Shown one piece after another: positions 1 to 8,910 of a stretch of 64,000 bases of DNA. Numbering within the stretch: position 1 is the stretch's first letter; each line of letters starts with the position of its first letter. This stretch comes from Bacteroidota bacterium (GTDB lineage Bacteria; Bacteroidota; Bacteroidia; Chitinophagales; Chitinophagaceae): NCBI GenBank assembly GCA_029573235.1, contig JAKQGX010000035.1, forward strand, positions 9,367 through 73,366, given 5' to 3'. Below the pieces are notes generated by a model. That model was not told the origin of the DNA. It did not search any database and saw nothing but the letters and a program-made list of their open reading frames with translations. The position numbers and the translations under genes were made by a program.

Positions 1-191
1 ATTTCACCAACCAGCATCGGGCGGAGGGCATTTGTGCCGTATAGACAGTAGTTTTACCCAAGTATACTTCAGCTATTGGGATGGGGGGCTGGGAGGAGGT
101 TCCGGTTGTGAATATTATGGAGTCAAGCAATAGTATCCGTTTGAAGAAAATAAATTCTTTAAAATACTTTTTTTCGTAATGAAAAAGTATT

Positions 192-199
192 TACCTTTG
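192..199 (+). promoter_or_regulatory. Candidate sigma-A -7 box TACCTTTG (Bacteroidota TAnnTTTG type) for the rplK operon
   Basis: Exact TAnnTTTG match about 100 nt upstream of the rplK ATG. The same TACCTTTGC core recurs upstream of rplS, rpsL, trmD, gap, ccmE and an acyl-CoA dehydrogenase in this window. Confidence 0.5.
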
Positions 200-298
200 C
201 GCTCCAATTCTCATATTGCTCTTTTATACAAGTTAGCATTTGGGAGAATAAGCCTCTGAAAAGAGGACATTCGTTAACACCAAAAAAATTAATAGCCA

Positions 299-745
299 AT
301 GGCAAAAGAAATCACAGGCTTGGTAAAACTTCAAGTTAAAGGAGGTCAAGCCAACCCCGCGCCACCAATCGGTCCGGCGCTCGGCTCCAAGGGTGTAAAC
401 ATCATGGAGTTTTGCAAGCAGTTCAATGCACGCACACAAGACAAAATGGGTAAAGTATTACCTGTAGTGTTGACCGTTTATGCTGATAAGTCTTTTGACT
501 TTGTTATCAAAACACCGCCCGCAGCCGTGCAATTGATGGAAGCATCTAAAATTCAAAAAGGTTCTAAAGAACCCAACCGTAGCAAAGTAGGTAAGGTAAC
601 TTGGGGACAAGTAGAAGAAATCGCGAAAGATAAAATGTCCGATCTTAACTGCTTTACCTTAGAAAGTGCCATGCGCATGGTAGCCGGTACGGCGCGCAGC
701 ATGGGTATTAACGTTGAAGGCGAAGCCCCATTTGCGCTAAATTAA
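299..745 (+). CDS. rplK: 50S ribosomal protein L11
   Basis: 148 aa. [44 protein letters not shown] is the canonical L11 N-terminus. First gene of an L11-L1-L10-L7/L12 run. Confidence 0.97.
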   Translation: MAKEITGLVKLQVKGGQANPAPPIGPALGSKGVNIMEFCKQFNARTQDKMGKVLPVVLTVYADKSFDFVIKTPPAAVQLMEASKIQKGSKEPNRSKVGKVTWGQVEEIAKDKMSDLNCFTLESAMRMVAGTARSMGINVEGEAPFALN

Positions 746-777
746 TCCATTGATCACCTTATTAAAACTTTGTAGCA

Positions 778-1470
778 ATGGCTAAAATCACAAAAAAAAG
801 AAAAGCTGCTGAAGCTAAACTAGACATAAATAAACAATACACACTATCAGAAGCAAGTGCTTTGGTAAAAGATATCAACTGCACCAAATTTGATAGCTCT
901 GTAGATGTACACATCCGCCTTGGTGTAGATCCCAAGAAAGCCGACCAAGCAATTCGTGGTACTGTTACGCTTCCTCACGGTACCGGTAAAACCAAACGAG
1001 TATTGGTGCTTTGTACACCCGATAAAGAAAACGATGCGAAAAATGCAGGTGCTGATTTCGTAGGATTAGACGAGTATGTACAAAAAATAGAAAGCGGATG
1101 GACCGACGTAGATGTAGTTATCGCTACACCTGCTGTAATGCCTAAAATCGGTAAATTGGGTAAAGTGTTAGGCCCTCGTAACCTAATGCCCAACCCTAAA
1201 ACCGGTACGGTAACAAACGACGTAGCTGCTGCGGTAACCGATGTTAAAGGTGGTAAAATTGCCTTTAAAGTAGATAAAACAGGTATCATCCACGCCTCTA
1301 TCGGTCGTATTTCTTTCACGCCTGAAAAACTGGCTGAAAATGCTCAAGAATTAATTAACGCATTGGTGCGTATGAAACCCGCTACTGCCAAAGGTACTTA
1401 CTTGAAAGGCATCAGCATGGCGAGCACCATGAGCCCAGGCTTGGTTATCGACACAAAATCTGTAGGTTAA
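778..1470 (+). CDS. rplA: 50S ribosomal protein L1
   Basis: 230 aa. The typical L1 motifs are [30 protein letters not shown] and [15 protein letters not shown]. Position after rplK. Confidence 0.97.
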   Translation: MAKITKKRKAAEAKLDINKQYTLSEASALVKDINCTKFDSSVDVHIRLGVDPKKADQAIRGTVTLPHGTGKTKRVLVLCTPDKENDAKNAGADFVGLDEYVQKIESGWTDVDVVIATPAVMPKIGKLGKVLGPRNLMPNPKTGTVTNDVAAAVTDVKGGKIAFKVDKTGIIHASIGRISFTPEKLAENAQELINALVRMKPATAKGTYLKGISMASTMSPGLVIDTKSVG

Positions 1471-1503
1471 TATTTTTCAGCACTTATAAAAACATTTAAA
1501 AAA

Positions 1504-2028
1504 ATGAACACATCGCAAAAAACTGAAGTGATAGAATTGCTGAAAGAGAAATTCTCTAACTACAGCAACTTTTATATCACCGACACTGAATCCCTTACGG
1601 TAGAACAAGTAAATAGCTTGCGTCGCCATTGCTTCGATAAGAAGGTAGAGATGAAAGTTGCCAAAAATACGCTTATCAAAAAGGCTTTAGAAAGCTTAGA
1701 TGCAGAGCGCTTTTCAGGTGTATATGATGCCCTGAACAACGTGACTGCTATCATGTTCAGCGAAAGTCCTAAAGATCCTGCAGTTATTATCAGCGCTTTC
1801 CGCGACAGCAACAACAATGCTAAAAAACCATTGTTGAAAGCAGCTTTCATTGACGGAGAAGTTTTCATTGGCGACAATCAATTGGCAAGCCTTAAAAATA
1901 TCAAAACCAAAAACGAACTTATTGGTGATATTATCGGTTTGTTACAATCCCCTGCAAAACGCGTTATCGCTGCTTTATTGCACCATACCGAAAAAAACAA
2001 TGCAGCTGAAACTCCTGCTGCAGAATAA
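1504..2028 (+). CDS. rplJ: 50S ribosomal protein L10
   Basis: 174 aa, located between rplA and rplL. L10-like N-terminal region (KTEVIELLKEKFSNYSNFYITD). Confidence 0.9.
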   Translation: MNTSQKTEVIELLKEKFSNYSNFYITDTESLTVEQVNSLRRHCFDKKVEMKVAKNTLIKKALESLDAERFSGVYDALNNVTAIMFSESPKDPAVIISAFRDSNNNAKKPLLKAAFIDGEVFIGDNQLASLKNIKTKNELIGDIIGLLQSPAKRVIAALLHHTEKNNAAETPAAE

Positions 2029-2087
2029 TTTTAGCTTCCAAACATCTATATAAAACAATTTTTTAAACAAACTTAAACTTAATAAAA

Positions 2088-2465
2088 ATGGCAGACGTAA
2101 AAGCATTAGCCGAATCATTAGTAAACCTTACGGTAAAAGAAGTACAAGAATTAGCTGACGTATTGAAAGCTGATTACGGTATCGAACCAGCAGCAGCAGC
2201 AGTAGTAGTAGCTGCTGGTGGTGAAGGTGGTGGCGCCGCTGCTGCAGCAGAAAAAACATCTTTCGATGTAATTCTGAAGAGCGCAGGTGCTTCTAAATTG
2301 AACGTTGTGAAAGTAGTTAAAGACTTAACCGGTCTTGGCTTGAAAGAAGCTAAAGAATTAGTGGACGGTGCTCCAAAACCTGTGAAAGAAGGTGTTGACA
2401 AAGCTACCGCTGAAGACTTAAAAGCTAAATTAACCGAAGCAGGTGCTGAAGTTGAAATCGCTTAA
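2088..2465 (+). CDS. rplL: 50S ribosomal protein L7/L12
   Basis: 125 aa. Ala/Gly-rich hinge ([21 protein letters not shown]) followed by the conserved C-terminal domain [29 protein letters not shown]. Confidence 0.97.
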   Translation: MADVKALAESLVNLTVKEVQELADVLKADYGIEPAAAAVVVAAGGEGGGAAAAAEKTSFDVILKSAGASKLNVVKVVKDLTGLGLKEAKELVDGAPKPVKEGVDKATAEDLKAKLTEAGAEVEIA

Positions 2466-2492
2466 TTCTTTGTAGAATCACTTCTCATTTAT

Positions 2493-2526
2493 ATCCGGGT
2501 AACATTTCGTTATCCGGATTTTTTTT
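2493..2526 (+). terminator. Rho-independent terminator after rplL
   Basis: 11-bp stem ATCCGGGTAAC/GTTATCCGGAT (one G-U pair), 5-nt loop, then a run of 8 T. Confidence 0.85.
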
Positions 2527-2854
2527 ATGATGGGATATTTCGTGAAATCATTTCTACCATAATTGGCACAATCAATATTTTCATACACAATATCATCCTT
2601 TGCATCTTTTTCTCTTTTGCTTGGCTACTTTCACCTTTGCTCATTTAAGAAGAAAGAAACAACGCCATCACCATTACCATTTTACAACACTGCCAGTTTA
2701 TATCATTGGATAGATTGTGCTACGTCCATTGGGAATTATTATATTGGAACTGATGGTGGCTACCACGAATATATATAGGATATTACTGTTGCACTAAATT
2801 GGACATTTTTATATTTCAAAAAGAATTTTACTTCCATTGTAAGTAAGTAATGCC

Positions 2855-2886
2855 AAAAATCCCCAATACAATTGTACAGGGGATTT
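2855..2886 (-). terminator. Terminator-like hairpin downstream of rplS
   Basis: 8-bp stem AAATCCCC/GGGGATTT with a 14-nt loop, 45 nt past the rplS stop. The U tract on the minus strand is weak. Confidence 0.5.
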
Positions 2887-2931
2887 AAAGCTTTATTTTG
2901 AAAAAATTAGTTGCTCCGAGTAGAAGTGAAC

Positions 2932-3288
2932 TTACTTTGTTACTTGTTTCTTTTCTTTGATGCGAGCCGATTTGCCGCTACGCTCACGAAGATAGAACAA
3001 CTTAGCACGACGCACGCGTCCTACTTTGTTTAGCTGGATAGAATCAATGTTCGGAGAGAATAAAGGGAACAAACGCTCTACACCCACACCATCCGATATC
3101 TTACGAACCGTGAATGTCTGAGTTGCACCACGCCCTTGACGTTTGATAACATCACCTTTGAAAGACTGGATACGTTCTTTCGCTCCTTCAATAATTTTAT
3201 AGTTAACAGTTATATTATCGCCAGCTTTGAATTTTGGAAATTCTTTTGCGGCAGACAGTTGCTCGTGTACAAACTCAACAGCGTTCAT
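2932..3288 (-). CDS. rplS: 50S ribosomal protein L19
   Basis: [11 protein letters not shown]...[46 protein letters not shown] is canonical L19. I start at the internal ATG 3288 because the longer ORF (to 3312) would overlap the -7 box at 3310-3317. Confidence 0.93.
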   Translation of the reverse strand: MNAVEFVHEQLSAAKEFPKFKAGDNITVNYKIIEGAKERIQSFKGDVIKRQGRGATQTFTVRKISDGVGVERLFPLFSPNIDSIQLNKVGRVRRAKLFYLRERSGKSARIKEKKQVTK

Positions 3289-3309
3289 CTTAATTTTTAT
3301 TTGGGACGG

Positions 3310-3317
3310 CAAAGGTA
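3310..3317 (-). promoter_or_regulatory. Candidate -7 box TACCTTTG for rplS
   Basis: The minus strand reads TTACCTTTGCCGTCCCAAATAAAAATTAAGATG, with the box 21 nt upstream of the rplS ATG. Lies in the trmD-rplS spacer. Confidence 0.55.
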
Positions 3318-3351
3318 AGTATCAAATATTGTTTTTCAAAAAAAAAATAAA

Positions 3352-4041
3352 TTATTCTTTCTCGTCGTCACATAACATATCGGGGCGGCGCTCATGTGTG
3401 CGCTTCATAGCCATATCGTGGCGCCAAGCATCTATCTTTTTAGGGTCACCACAAAGAAGTATCTCAGGCACCTGCATCCCTTTCCAATTCGCCGGACGGG
3501 TATATACCGGCGGTGCCAGCAAGTTGTCTTGAAAGGAATCGGATAAGGCAGAGGTCTCATCGTTCAATACGCCCGGTATCAGGCGTACAATGGCATCTGT
3601 CAGTACGGCTGCCGCCAATTCACCACCGCTCAATACATAATCTCCTATGGATAGCTCAAGGGTAACGTATTTCTCTCGGATACGCTCATCAATGCCTTTG
3701 TAATGCCCACATATAATGATGATGTTCTCTAATAGCGAAAGCCTATTTGCCGTTTTTTGCTGCAATTGCATTCCATCCGGTGTCATGAAAATGATGGCAT
3801 CATACACACGCTCCGATTGCAATTTCTCGATGATGATGGACAAAGGCTCCGGCATAATGACCATACCGGCACCACCTCCAAATTGGTAGTCGTCCACCTG
3901 TCCGTGCTTGTAAGGTGTGTGCTCTCTTAATGAGTGCAGGTGAAGGTCTAAATAGCCCTTTGTTTGTGCCCTTTTCATAATGGAGTGTTGAAAGGGGCTT
4001 TCGAGCAATTCGGGCAATACTGATATAATATCGATTCGCAT
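3352..4041 (-). CDS. trmD: tRNA (guanine37-N1)-methyltransferase
   Basis: [39 protein letters not shown] and [11 protein letters not shown] are TrmD signatures. Start moved to ATG 4041, because the 36 upstream codons of the ORF have no TrmD counterpart and contain a -7 box. Confidence 0.93.
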   Translation of the reverse strand: MRIDIISVLPELLESPFQHSIMKRAQTKGYLDLHLHSLREHTPYKHGQVDDYQFGGGAGMVIMPEPLSIIIEKLQSERVYDAIIFMTPDGMQLQQKTANRLSLLENIIIICGHYKGIDERIREKYVTLELSIGDYVLSGGELAAAVLTDAIVRLIPGVLNDETSALSDSFQDNLLAPPVYTRPANWKGMQVPEILLCGDPKKIDAWRHDMAMKRTHERRPDMLCDDEKE

Positions 4042-4049
4042 GAGCGGTG

Positions 4050-4057
4050 CAAAGGTA
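4050..4057 (-). promoter_or_regulatory. Candidate -7 box TACCTTTG for trmD (near-leaderless)
   Basis: The minus strand reads TACCTTTGCACCGCTCATG, leaving only 8 nt between the box and the ATG. Confidence 0.45.
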
Positions 4058-4189
4058 CAAACCTTTCGATAGCATTGGATTTGAAAAGATCTACCAAAGT
4101 TGGCAGCATGGAATAGACGCTGTTGCAAAAAAAAATAGCACTGCTTCATAATTTCTTGAGCAGTGCTATTGGTAAACTTAAAGCGATTC

Positions 4190-5371
4190 TTAGTTGATTT
4201 GAAGTTTGTCGCGCATTTCTTTAGGTATTCCTTTTTTATGTAGTAAGAATGCGGTGGTTTTATATTGTACGAAGGCTTTGGTTACATACAAATAACCTTT
4301 GTGGTCGTTCTTTTCGCCCCAACTGTTTTTTACGATATAGTATTCTTTCCCGTTTTGGTCTTTGGCAATACCTACAATATGCATACCGTGGTCATCGGTG
4401 GTGGTGTAGTTATCAAAGGCTTCCTGGCGCATAGCTTCGGTTATTTTTCGTTCGGGTTGAGGTCCGTTGAAAATTCTTTTTTGTTCTTCTTCGTTCATGT
4501 CCTCCCATTCTTTTTCGGGAACATAAGCTACTCCGTTTTTCCAGCTAAAATATTTTTCGCTTACATCCGTAGCCCAAGAAATGCTATAACCTTTCGACAA
4601 GGCATAATCGATTATGTCTGTCATTTCCTTCATCTTAATGTTATACACTTTATCATAGCTCCAATTATCGGGAACCATCAACATAGTTTGTTTGTAATAG
4701 GGCTGGTCGCTGAAGGATGAAAGTTCTACATAATCATCCGGATTGATACCTACCACCTCATCGGCAAAACTTCTGGGAGTGTATTCAACGCCTTTGTATA
4801 TAAAGGTTTTGGGTACTTTGCCCAAGTATGCATCCAACACGCCATTGAAAGCTTTTTTCCAACTGGGAGTTAATTTTCCGTTGGGGTTTTTGATGACCAC
4901 ATCTAACATGGCTTTTAAGATGCCTTGCATTTCGGCAAACTTATTTTTGTCGGTGCCGTATTGCAAGCCGGTATAGGCTTCTTGCGGCATGGCTCCATAT
5001 TTCCGATACATATTAATCACATCATGGCATGCACCACCATCTCCCCAAGAGGCATCGCCATGCATCCGCACATACGTTTCGGCTTTGTCTTTATACACAC
5101 ATCTGGCGGTGTATATTTCTGCAATATCAACCGGCTTCTTGCCCATGCGTATCATCTCACTTTCTAAAAACGAATTGGTCGAGTAACTCCAGCATGTGCC
5201 GCTACTGGCTTGGTTTTTTACACTAGTACGCTCTACATTTAATACATCAGTAAATACAAATTTCTTCTTTGCGGAATCACTTTTGTTGGCGTCAATCTTT
5301 TTTATCAGATCGTCTTGTGCATGGACGAAAATGGGCAGCATTATGACTACGCCCAACAATAATTTTTTCAT
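4190..5371 (-). CDS. Secreted C1-family cysteine peptidase (aminopeptidase C / bleomycin hydrolase-like)
   Basis: 393 aa. Signal peptide [19 protein letters not shown]. Active-site Cys context [16 protein letters not shown]-terminal HGMHIVG...KNSWG motifs as in C1B peptidases. Confidence 0.75.
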   Translation of the reverse strand: MKKLLLGVVIMLPIFVHAQDDLIKKIDANKSDSAKKKFVFTDVLNVERTSVKNQASSGTCWSYSTNSFLESEMIRMGKKPVDIAEIYTARCVYKDKAETYVRMHGDASWGDGGACHDVINMYRKYGAMPQEAYTGLQYGTDKNKFAEMQGILKAMLDVVIKNPNGKLTPSWKKAFNGVLDAYLGKVPKTFIYKGVEYTPRSFADEVVGINPDDYVELSSFSDQPYYKQTMLMVPDNWSYDKVYNIKMKEMTDIIDYALSKGYSISWATDVSEKYFSWKNGVAYVPEKEWEDMNEEEQKRIFNGPQPERKITEAMRQEAFDNYTTTDDHGMHIVGIAKDQNGKEYYIVKNSWGEKNDHKGYLYVTKAFVQYKTTAFLLHKKGIPKEMRDKLQIN

Positions 5372-5633
5372 TGTAAATATTTATGTTTTATTAAAAAAGT
5401 GAGGCGAATATACTCAACCCCTCCTTAGCAAAAAGGGGGAATTTACAAAAATGTTTTTGTTCATTACTGTAAGGCTGTAATTGATACAGAAGCAATGCAA
5501 AATAATATTGCTAAATTGATATTCTAAAAGGGTATTTATTGGTTTGGATGTAAGAGCAGAAATTATTTTACCATAGCCATTACCACAGCATCTTTTCGGC
5601 GATGATGTTGCATTATTGTAACTGTTATAAAAC

Positions 5634-6179
5634 CTATTTCGATTGCTCTAGCAAGGTTTTCAAGTTTGTTAATCCAGTTTGCAAGTCACCGCCAATAGCT
5701 TCTTCCATATCAAAAAACAGTAGCATGATATTCATGGGGTAGTTCATTCTTCCTTTAAAGCCCCAAGCAACTTTGGTTTGTTGGTCGCCCAATGCGTCGG
5801 TGGTCATATAAGCTGCAGAGGTAGATTCAAAAGGTTTTATAAAGCGCAATTCCATATCTACTCGTTTGCCCTCTTCAATTTTTTTTATTTCCTGTTCTCC
5901 CCAACCTACTTGTTCATTATCACTTTCCCAATGGGCAACAAAACCCACGGTTCCGTCAGTGCCTTGATACGACTTCTTCATGCCCGGGTCTAACTTATTC
6001 CATTTGCAGTACTGGTCTTGGTTTTTCAAGTATTTGATATAGTCGAATACAGCTTGTGACGGCTTGTTTATGACTACTTCCCGTTGAACGGTATAATCTT
6101 TTTTTACAAACAAGGCAACAACCAAAACTAGAGCAATGAGTGCTCCTAATACGATTACTAATTTCTTTAAAATGTTCAT
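5634..6179 (-). CDS. Membrane-anchored SRPBCC/START-like family protein (function unknown)
   Basis: 181 aa. N-terminal TM helix, then an about 150-aa domain whose pattern resembles polyketide cyclase/SRPBCC proteins. Assignment by resemblance only. Confidence 0.45.
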   Translation of the reverse strand: MNILKKLVIVLGALIALVLVVALFVKKDYTVQREVVINKPSQAVFDYIKYLKNQDQYCKWNKLDPGMKKSYQGTDGTVGFVAHWESDNEQVGWGEQEIKKIEEGKRVDMELRFIKPFESTSAAYMTTDALGDQQTKVAWGFKGRMNYPMNIMLLFFDMEEAIGGDLQTGLTNLKTLLEQSK

Positions 6180-6361
6180 GTGTTTTTATTTGTTTATTGC
6201 AAGATATGTTTTTTGTAGAGAATAATAATGCTCTAATGCGGAAGCCAGCTGTCGGATGTAACTTTATTTCGGTACTGCCTTCCCAAAACTCGTTCCCCCA
6301 AAAAATCCCCCCAATGGTGATGTGACTAAGTTGTATTTTGCGTTCTTAAAAAATAATAGAG

Positions 6362-8401
6362 ATGCGCCAACTCATCGCTGCCATTACCATTGCTACCATA
6401 TTTGCGGCCTGCAATAATGCTACTCATCAATCGGAGGATAACAAGACGAAAGAAGATATTCTAAAAGCCCATGTCGATACGAGCATACATCCCGGAGATG
6501 ATTTTTTTGTATTCGCCAATGGCAGATGGATAAAAGAAAATCCTATTCCTTCTGACGAAACCAGTTGGGGAATTGCAGACTTGGTAGATAATGAACTTTA
6601 TACCCGAAAGTTGGCCATTTGTGAGGCTGCTGCCAAGAAAAGTCAAACGCCCATTGAGGCAATGATTGGGAATTTTTGGCAAAGCGGTATGGACACCATT
6701 GCCATTAATAAAGAAGGCATTCAAGCATTGCGTGAAGAACTGAGTGCCATCAGTGCATTGGAAACTGCCGAACAGATTACATCATACACTGCCCAAATGC
6801 ATCGCTATGGTGTTGGTGTTTTTTACTCGGAAGGTGTTGGGCAAGATGCCAAGAGCAGTGATGTGATGGCTTATTATATTTCGCAAGGCGGACTCGGGTT
6901 GCCCAATAGAGATTATTATTTCAATACCGATGTCCGTACTGCCAAAATACGAGATGCGTATCCTTCGTATATCGCCAAACTCTTTGGATTGATGGGAGAT
7001 GATACCGCAACAGCAAAAACAAAAGCCTTGGCAGTAGTAGCCTTCGAAACCAAACTGGCAAAGGCATCCAGAAAATTGGAAGACCTGCGTGACCCTTATC
7101 GCAATTACAACAAAATGTCGTTGGAGGCTTTGAATAAGAATTACCCCAACAGTCAATGGGCTGCTACCTTAAAGGCTATTGGTGTGCAGCAAGTAGATAG
7201 CGTAATTGTTGGACAACCGGAATTTTTACAAGCCCTAAACACCTTAATTAAAACTGAAAAAGTTGCTACGATGAAAGACTATATGGCTTTTCATCTAATG
7301 AGCAATTTTAGCCCATTTTTGAGTGATGATTTTGCTTCGGCTAATTTTGATTTTTATTCCAAACTGATACGCGGAGCCAAAGAGATGCGCCCCCGTTGGA
7401 AACGCGTATTGGATGCACAAGAACGTGCAATGGGCGAAGCGATAGGACAACTTTTTGTAAAAGAATATTTTAGCGAAAAGGCTAAAAAACGTTACGAGGA
7501 TATGGTAGAGAACGTTCGCAATGCCTACCGTGCTCGAATTGAAAAATTAGATTGGATGACGGATAGTACCAAGCAAAAAGCATTGGTGAAGTTGGCTGGC
7601 ATTACCAAAAAAGTAGGCTACCCCGACACTTGGAAGGACTTCTCGAACATGAAAATTGAAAAGACCAGTTATGTAAAAAACAAAATGCAATCGAATGCAT
7701 GGTGGAACAATTACGAGCTGAATAAATTGGGCAAACCGGTTGACCGCACCGAATGGGGCATGACACCACAGACTTACAACGCATATTACAATCCTTCCAA
7801 TAATGAAATTGTATTACCGGCAGGAATGCTCACTGTACCGGGTTATAAAGACGAAGAATTGGATGATGCTTTGGTGTATGGCTATGTAGCAGCTTCTACT
7901 ATTGGGCATGAAATCACACATGGCTTTGATGATGAAGGGCGCCAGTTTGATGAAAAAGGAAATCTGAAAAATTGGTGGACTAAAAAAGATGAAGAAGAGT
8001 TTAACAAACGTGCACAGGTATTGGTGCATCAGTTCAATCAATTTGTACCTGTGGATACCATGCATATCAATGGTCGTGCAACATTGGGAGAAAACCTTGC
8101 TGACCTTGGTGGAATCCTCATTGGTTTGGATGCTTTTAAGCAAACAGATGCTTTTAAGAAAAATGAAACAATTGCCGGATTCAATGCTTTGCAACGTTTC
8201 TTTTTGGGTTATTCGTTAGGTTGGTTGTATGAAATAAGAGAAGAACAATTAGCCAGCAAAATACTTACAGACGTGCACTCTCCGGCTAAATACAGGGTGA
8301 ATGGTACTTTCCCGAATGTACCGGAATTTTATGAGGCATTTCAAGTGAAGCCGGGTAACAAAATGTACCTACCTGATTCGCTACGTGTAAAATTATGGTA
8401 G
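6362..8401 (+). CDS. M13-family zinc metallopeptidase (PepO / endothelin-converting enzyme-like), lipoprotein
   Basis: 679 aa. Lipobox IFAAC. HEITHGFDDEGRQFD zinc motif, GENLADLGG and a C-terminal W are typical of M13. Confidence 0.9.
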   Translation: MRQLIAAITIATIFAACNNATHQSEDNKTKEDILKAHVDTSIHPGDDFFVFANGRWIKENPIPSDETSWGIADLVDNELYTRKLAICEAAAKKSQTPIEAMIGNFWQSGMDTIAINKEGIQALREELSAISALETAEQITSYTAQMHRYGVGVFYSEGVGQDAKSSDVMAYYISQGGLGLPNRDYYFNTDVRTAKIRDAYPSYIAKLFGLMGDDTATAKTKALAVVAFETKLAKASRKLEDLRDPYRNYNKMSLEALNKNYPNSQWAATLKAIGVQQVDSVIVGQPEFLQALNTLIKTEKVATMKDYMAFHLMSNFSPFLSDDFASANFDFYSKLIRGAKEMRPRWKRVLDAQERAMGEAIGQLFVKEYFSEKAKKRYEDMVENVRNAYRARIEKLDWMTDSTKQKALVKLAGITKKVGYPDTWKDFSNMKIEKTSYVKNKMQSNAWWNNYELNKLGKPVDRTEWGMTPQTYNAYYNPSNNEIVLPAGMLTVPGYKDEELDDALVYGYVAASTIGHEITHGFDDEGRQFDEKGNLKNWWTKKDEEEFNKRAQVLVHQFNQFVPVDTMHINGRATLGENLADLGGILIGLDAFKQTDAFKKNETIAGFNALQRFFLGYSLGWLYEIREEQLASKILTDVHSPAKYRVNGTFPNVPEFYEAFQVKPGNKMYLPDSLRVKLW

Positions 8402-8434
8402 TGTTTTTGATAAGTACAATGCATAAAATTTTGA

Positions 8435-8896
8435 ATGAAGATGATACAACAGAAAAGCAAGTGGCAAATGGTGGCTGTCGCCTCACTAATGATGGGATTG
8501 ATAAGCTGTAGTGCCAAAACGAGTGCACCTAAAGGAGATGCAGGAACGAACCCAACCGAAACTAAGCTGATAGAAAAAAAATGGGTCTTGGTAACACTAT
8601 ACGGAAAACCATTACCGAAATCCATGACCACAGAAGCTTTTATTTCTTTTGGGAAGGATGGGGTATGCAACGGCAATGGTAGCTGCAACTACTTTACCGG
8701 TACACATACTCTAAAGAAAAACCAATTGTCGTTTGGTAATATGGCTTCTACCGAACGGTTTTGTGCCGATATGCAAACAGAAGACAACTTTTATAAGATG
8801 TTGCAAGAAGTAGAAAGTTACCGCCTTTCTGGCGAACAACTTTCATTTTATAAAGGAGAAAAAATGCTGGCTACCTTCGTGGCAAAACAGAAATGA
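8435..8896 (+). CDS. META domain (HslJ-like) lipoprotein
   Basis: 153 aa. Lipobox LISCSA. The WVLVTLYGKPLP ... CNYFTGTHTLKKNQLSFGNMASTERFC pattern is typical of META domains. Confidence 0.7.
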   Translation: MKMIQQKSKWQMVAVASLMMGLISCSAKTSAPKGDAGTNPTETKLIEKKWVLVTLYGKPLPKSMTTEAFISFGKDGVCNGNGSCNYFTGTHTLKKNQLSFGNMASTERFCADMQTEDNFYKMLQEVESYRLSGEQLSFYKGEKMLATFVAKQK

Positions 8897-8910
8897 CGCC
8901 GGCGTGTTGA

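Noticed and set aside
83-100. A G-rich run (gggatggggggctgggaggagg) near the window start.
   Set aside because: It is a single occurrence of unknown context, possibly the coding end of a truncated gene. There is no supporting evidence for a regulatory or G-quadruplex role.
1-130. A plus-strand frame is open from the window edge to a TAG at about 128-130 (…GGLGGGSGCEYYGVKQ*). It could be the 3' end of an upstream gene.
   Set aside because: Only 43 codons are visible, with no recognisable family (it is not NusG-like) and no way to verify coding status. It is left unannotated.
975-2401. Antisense ORFs inside rplA (975-1319), rplJ (1572-1877) and rplL (2174-2401), and the out-of-frame ORF 1850-2053.
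   Set aside because: They lie entirely within highly conserved ribosomal protein genes. Their translations are low-complexity mirror images, so they are typical shadow ORFs.
2563-2778. A 71-codon ORF in the rplL-rplS gap.
   Set aside because: It has a TTG start, no ribosome-binding context or family resemblance, and a composition typical of random AT-rich sequence. It is mentioned only as part of the gap finding.
3800-4149. The N-terminal extension of the trmD ORF (to 4149) and the overlapping 91-aa ORF 3800-4075.
   Set aside because: The canonical TrmD N-terminus begins at ATG 4041, and a -7 box lies inside the supposed extension. The 91-aa ORF is out of frame within trmD.
4249-5402. A series of plus-strand ORFs (4249-4434, 4265-4720, 4743-4976, 4925-5167, 4989-5186, 5029-5226, 5196-5402).
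   Set aside because: All are antisense to the well-supported C1 peptidase gene and show no motifs.
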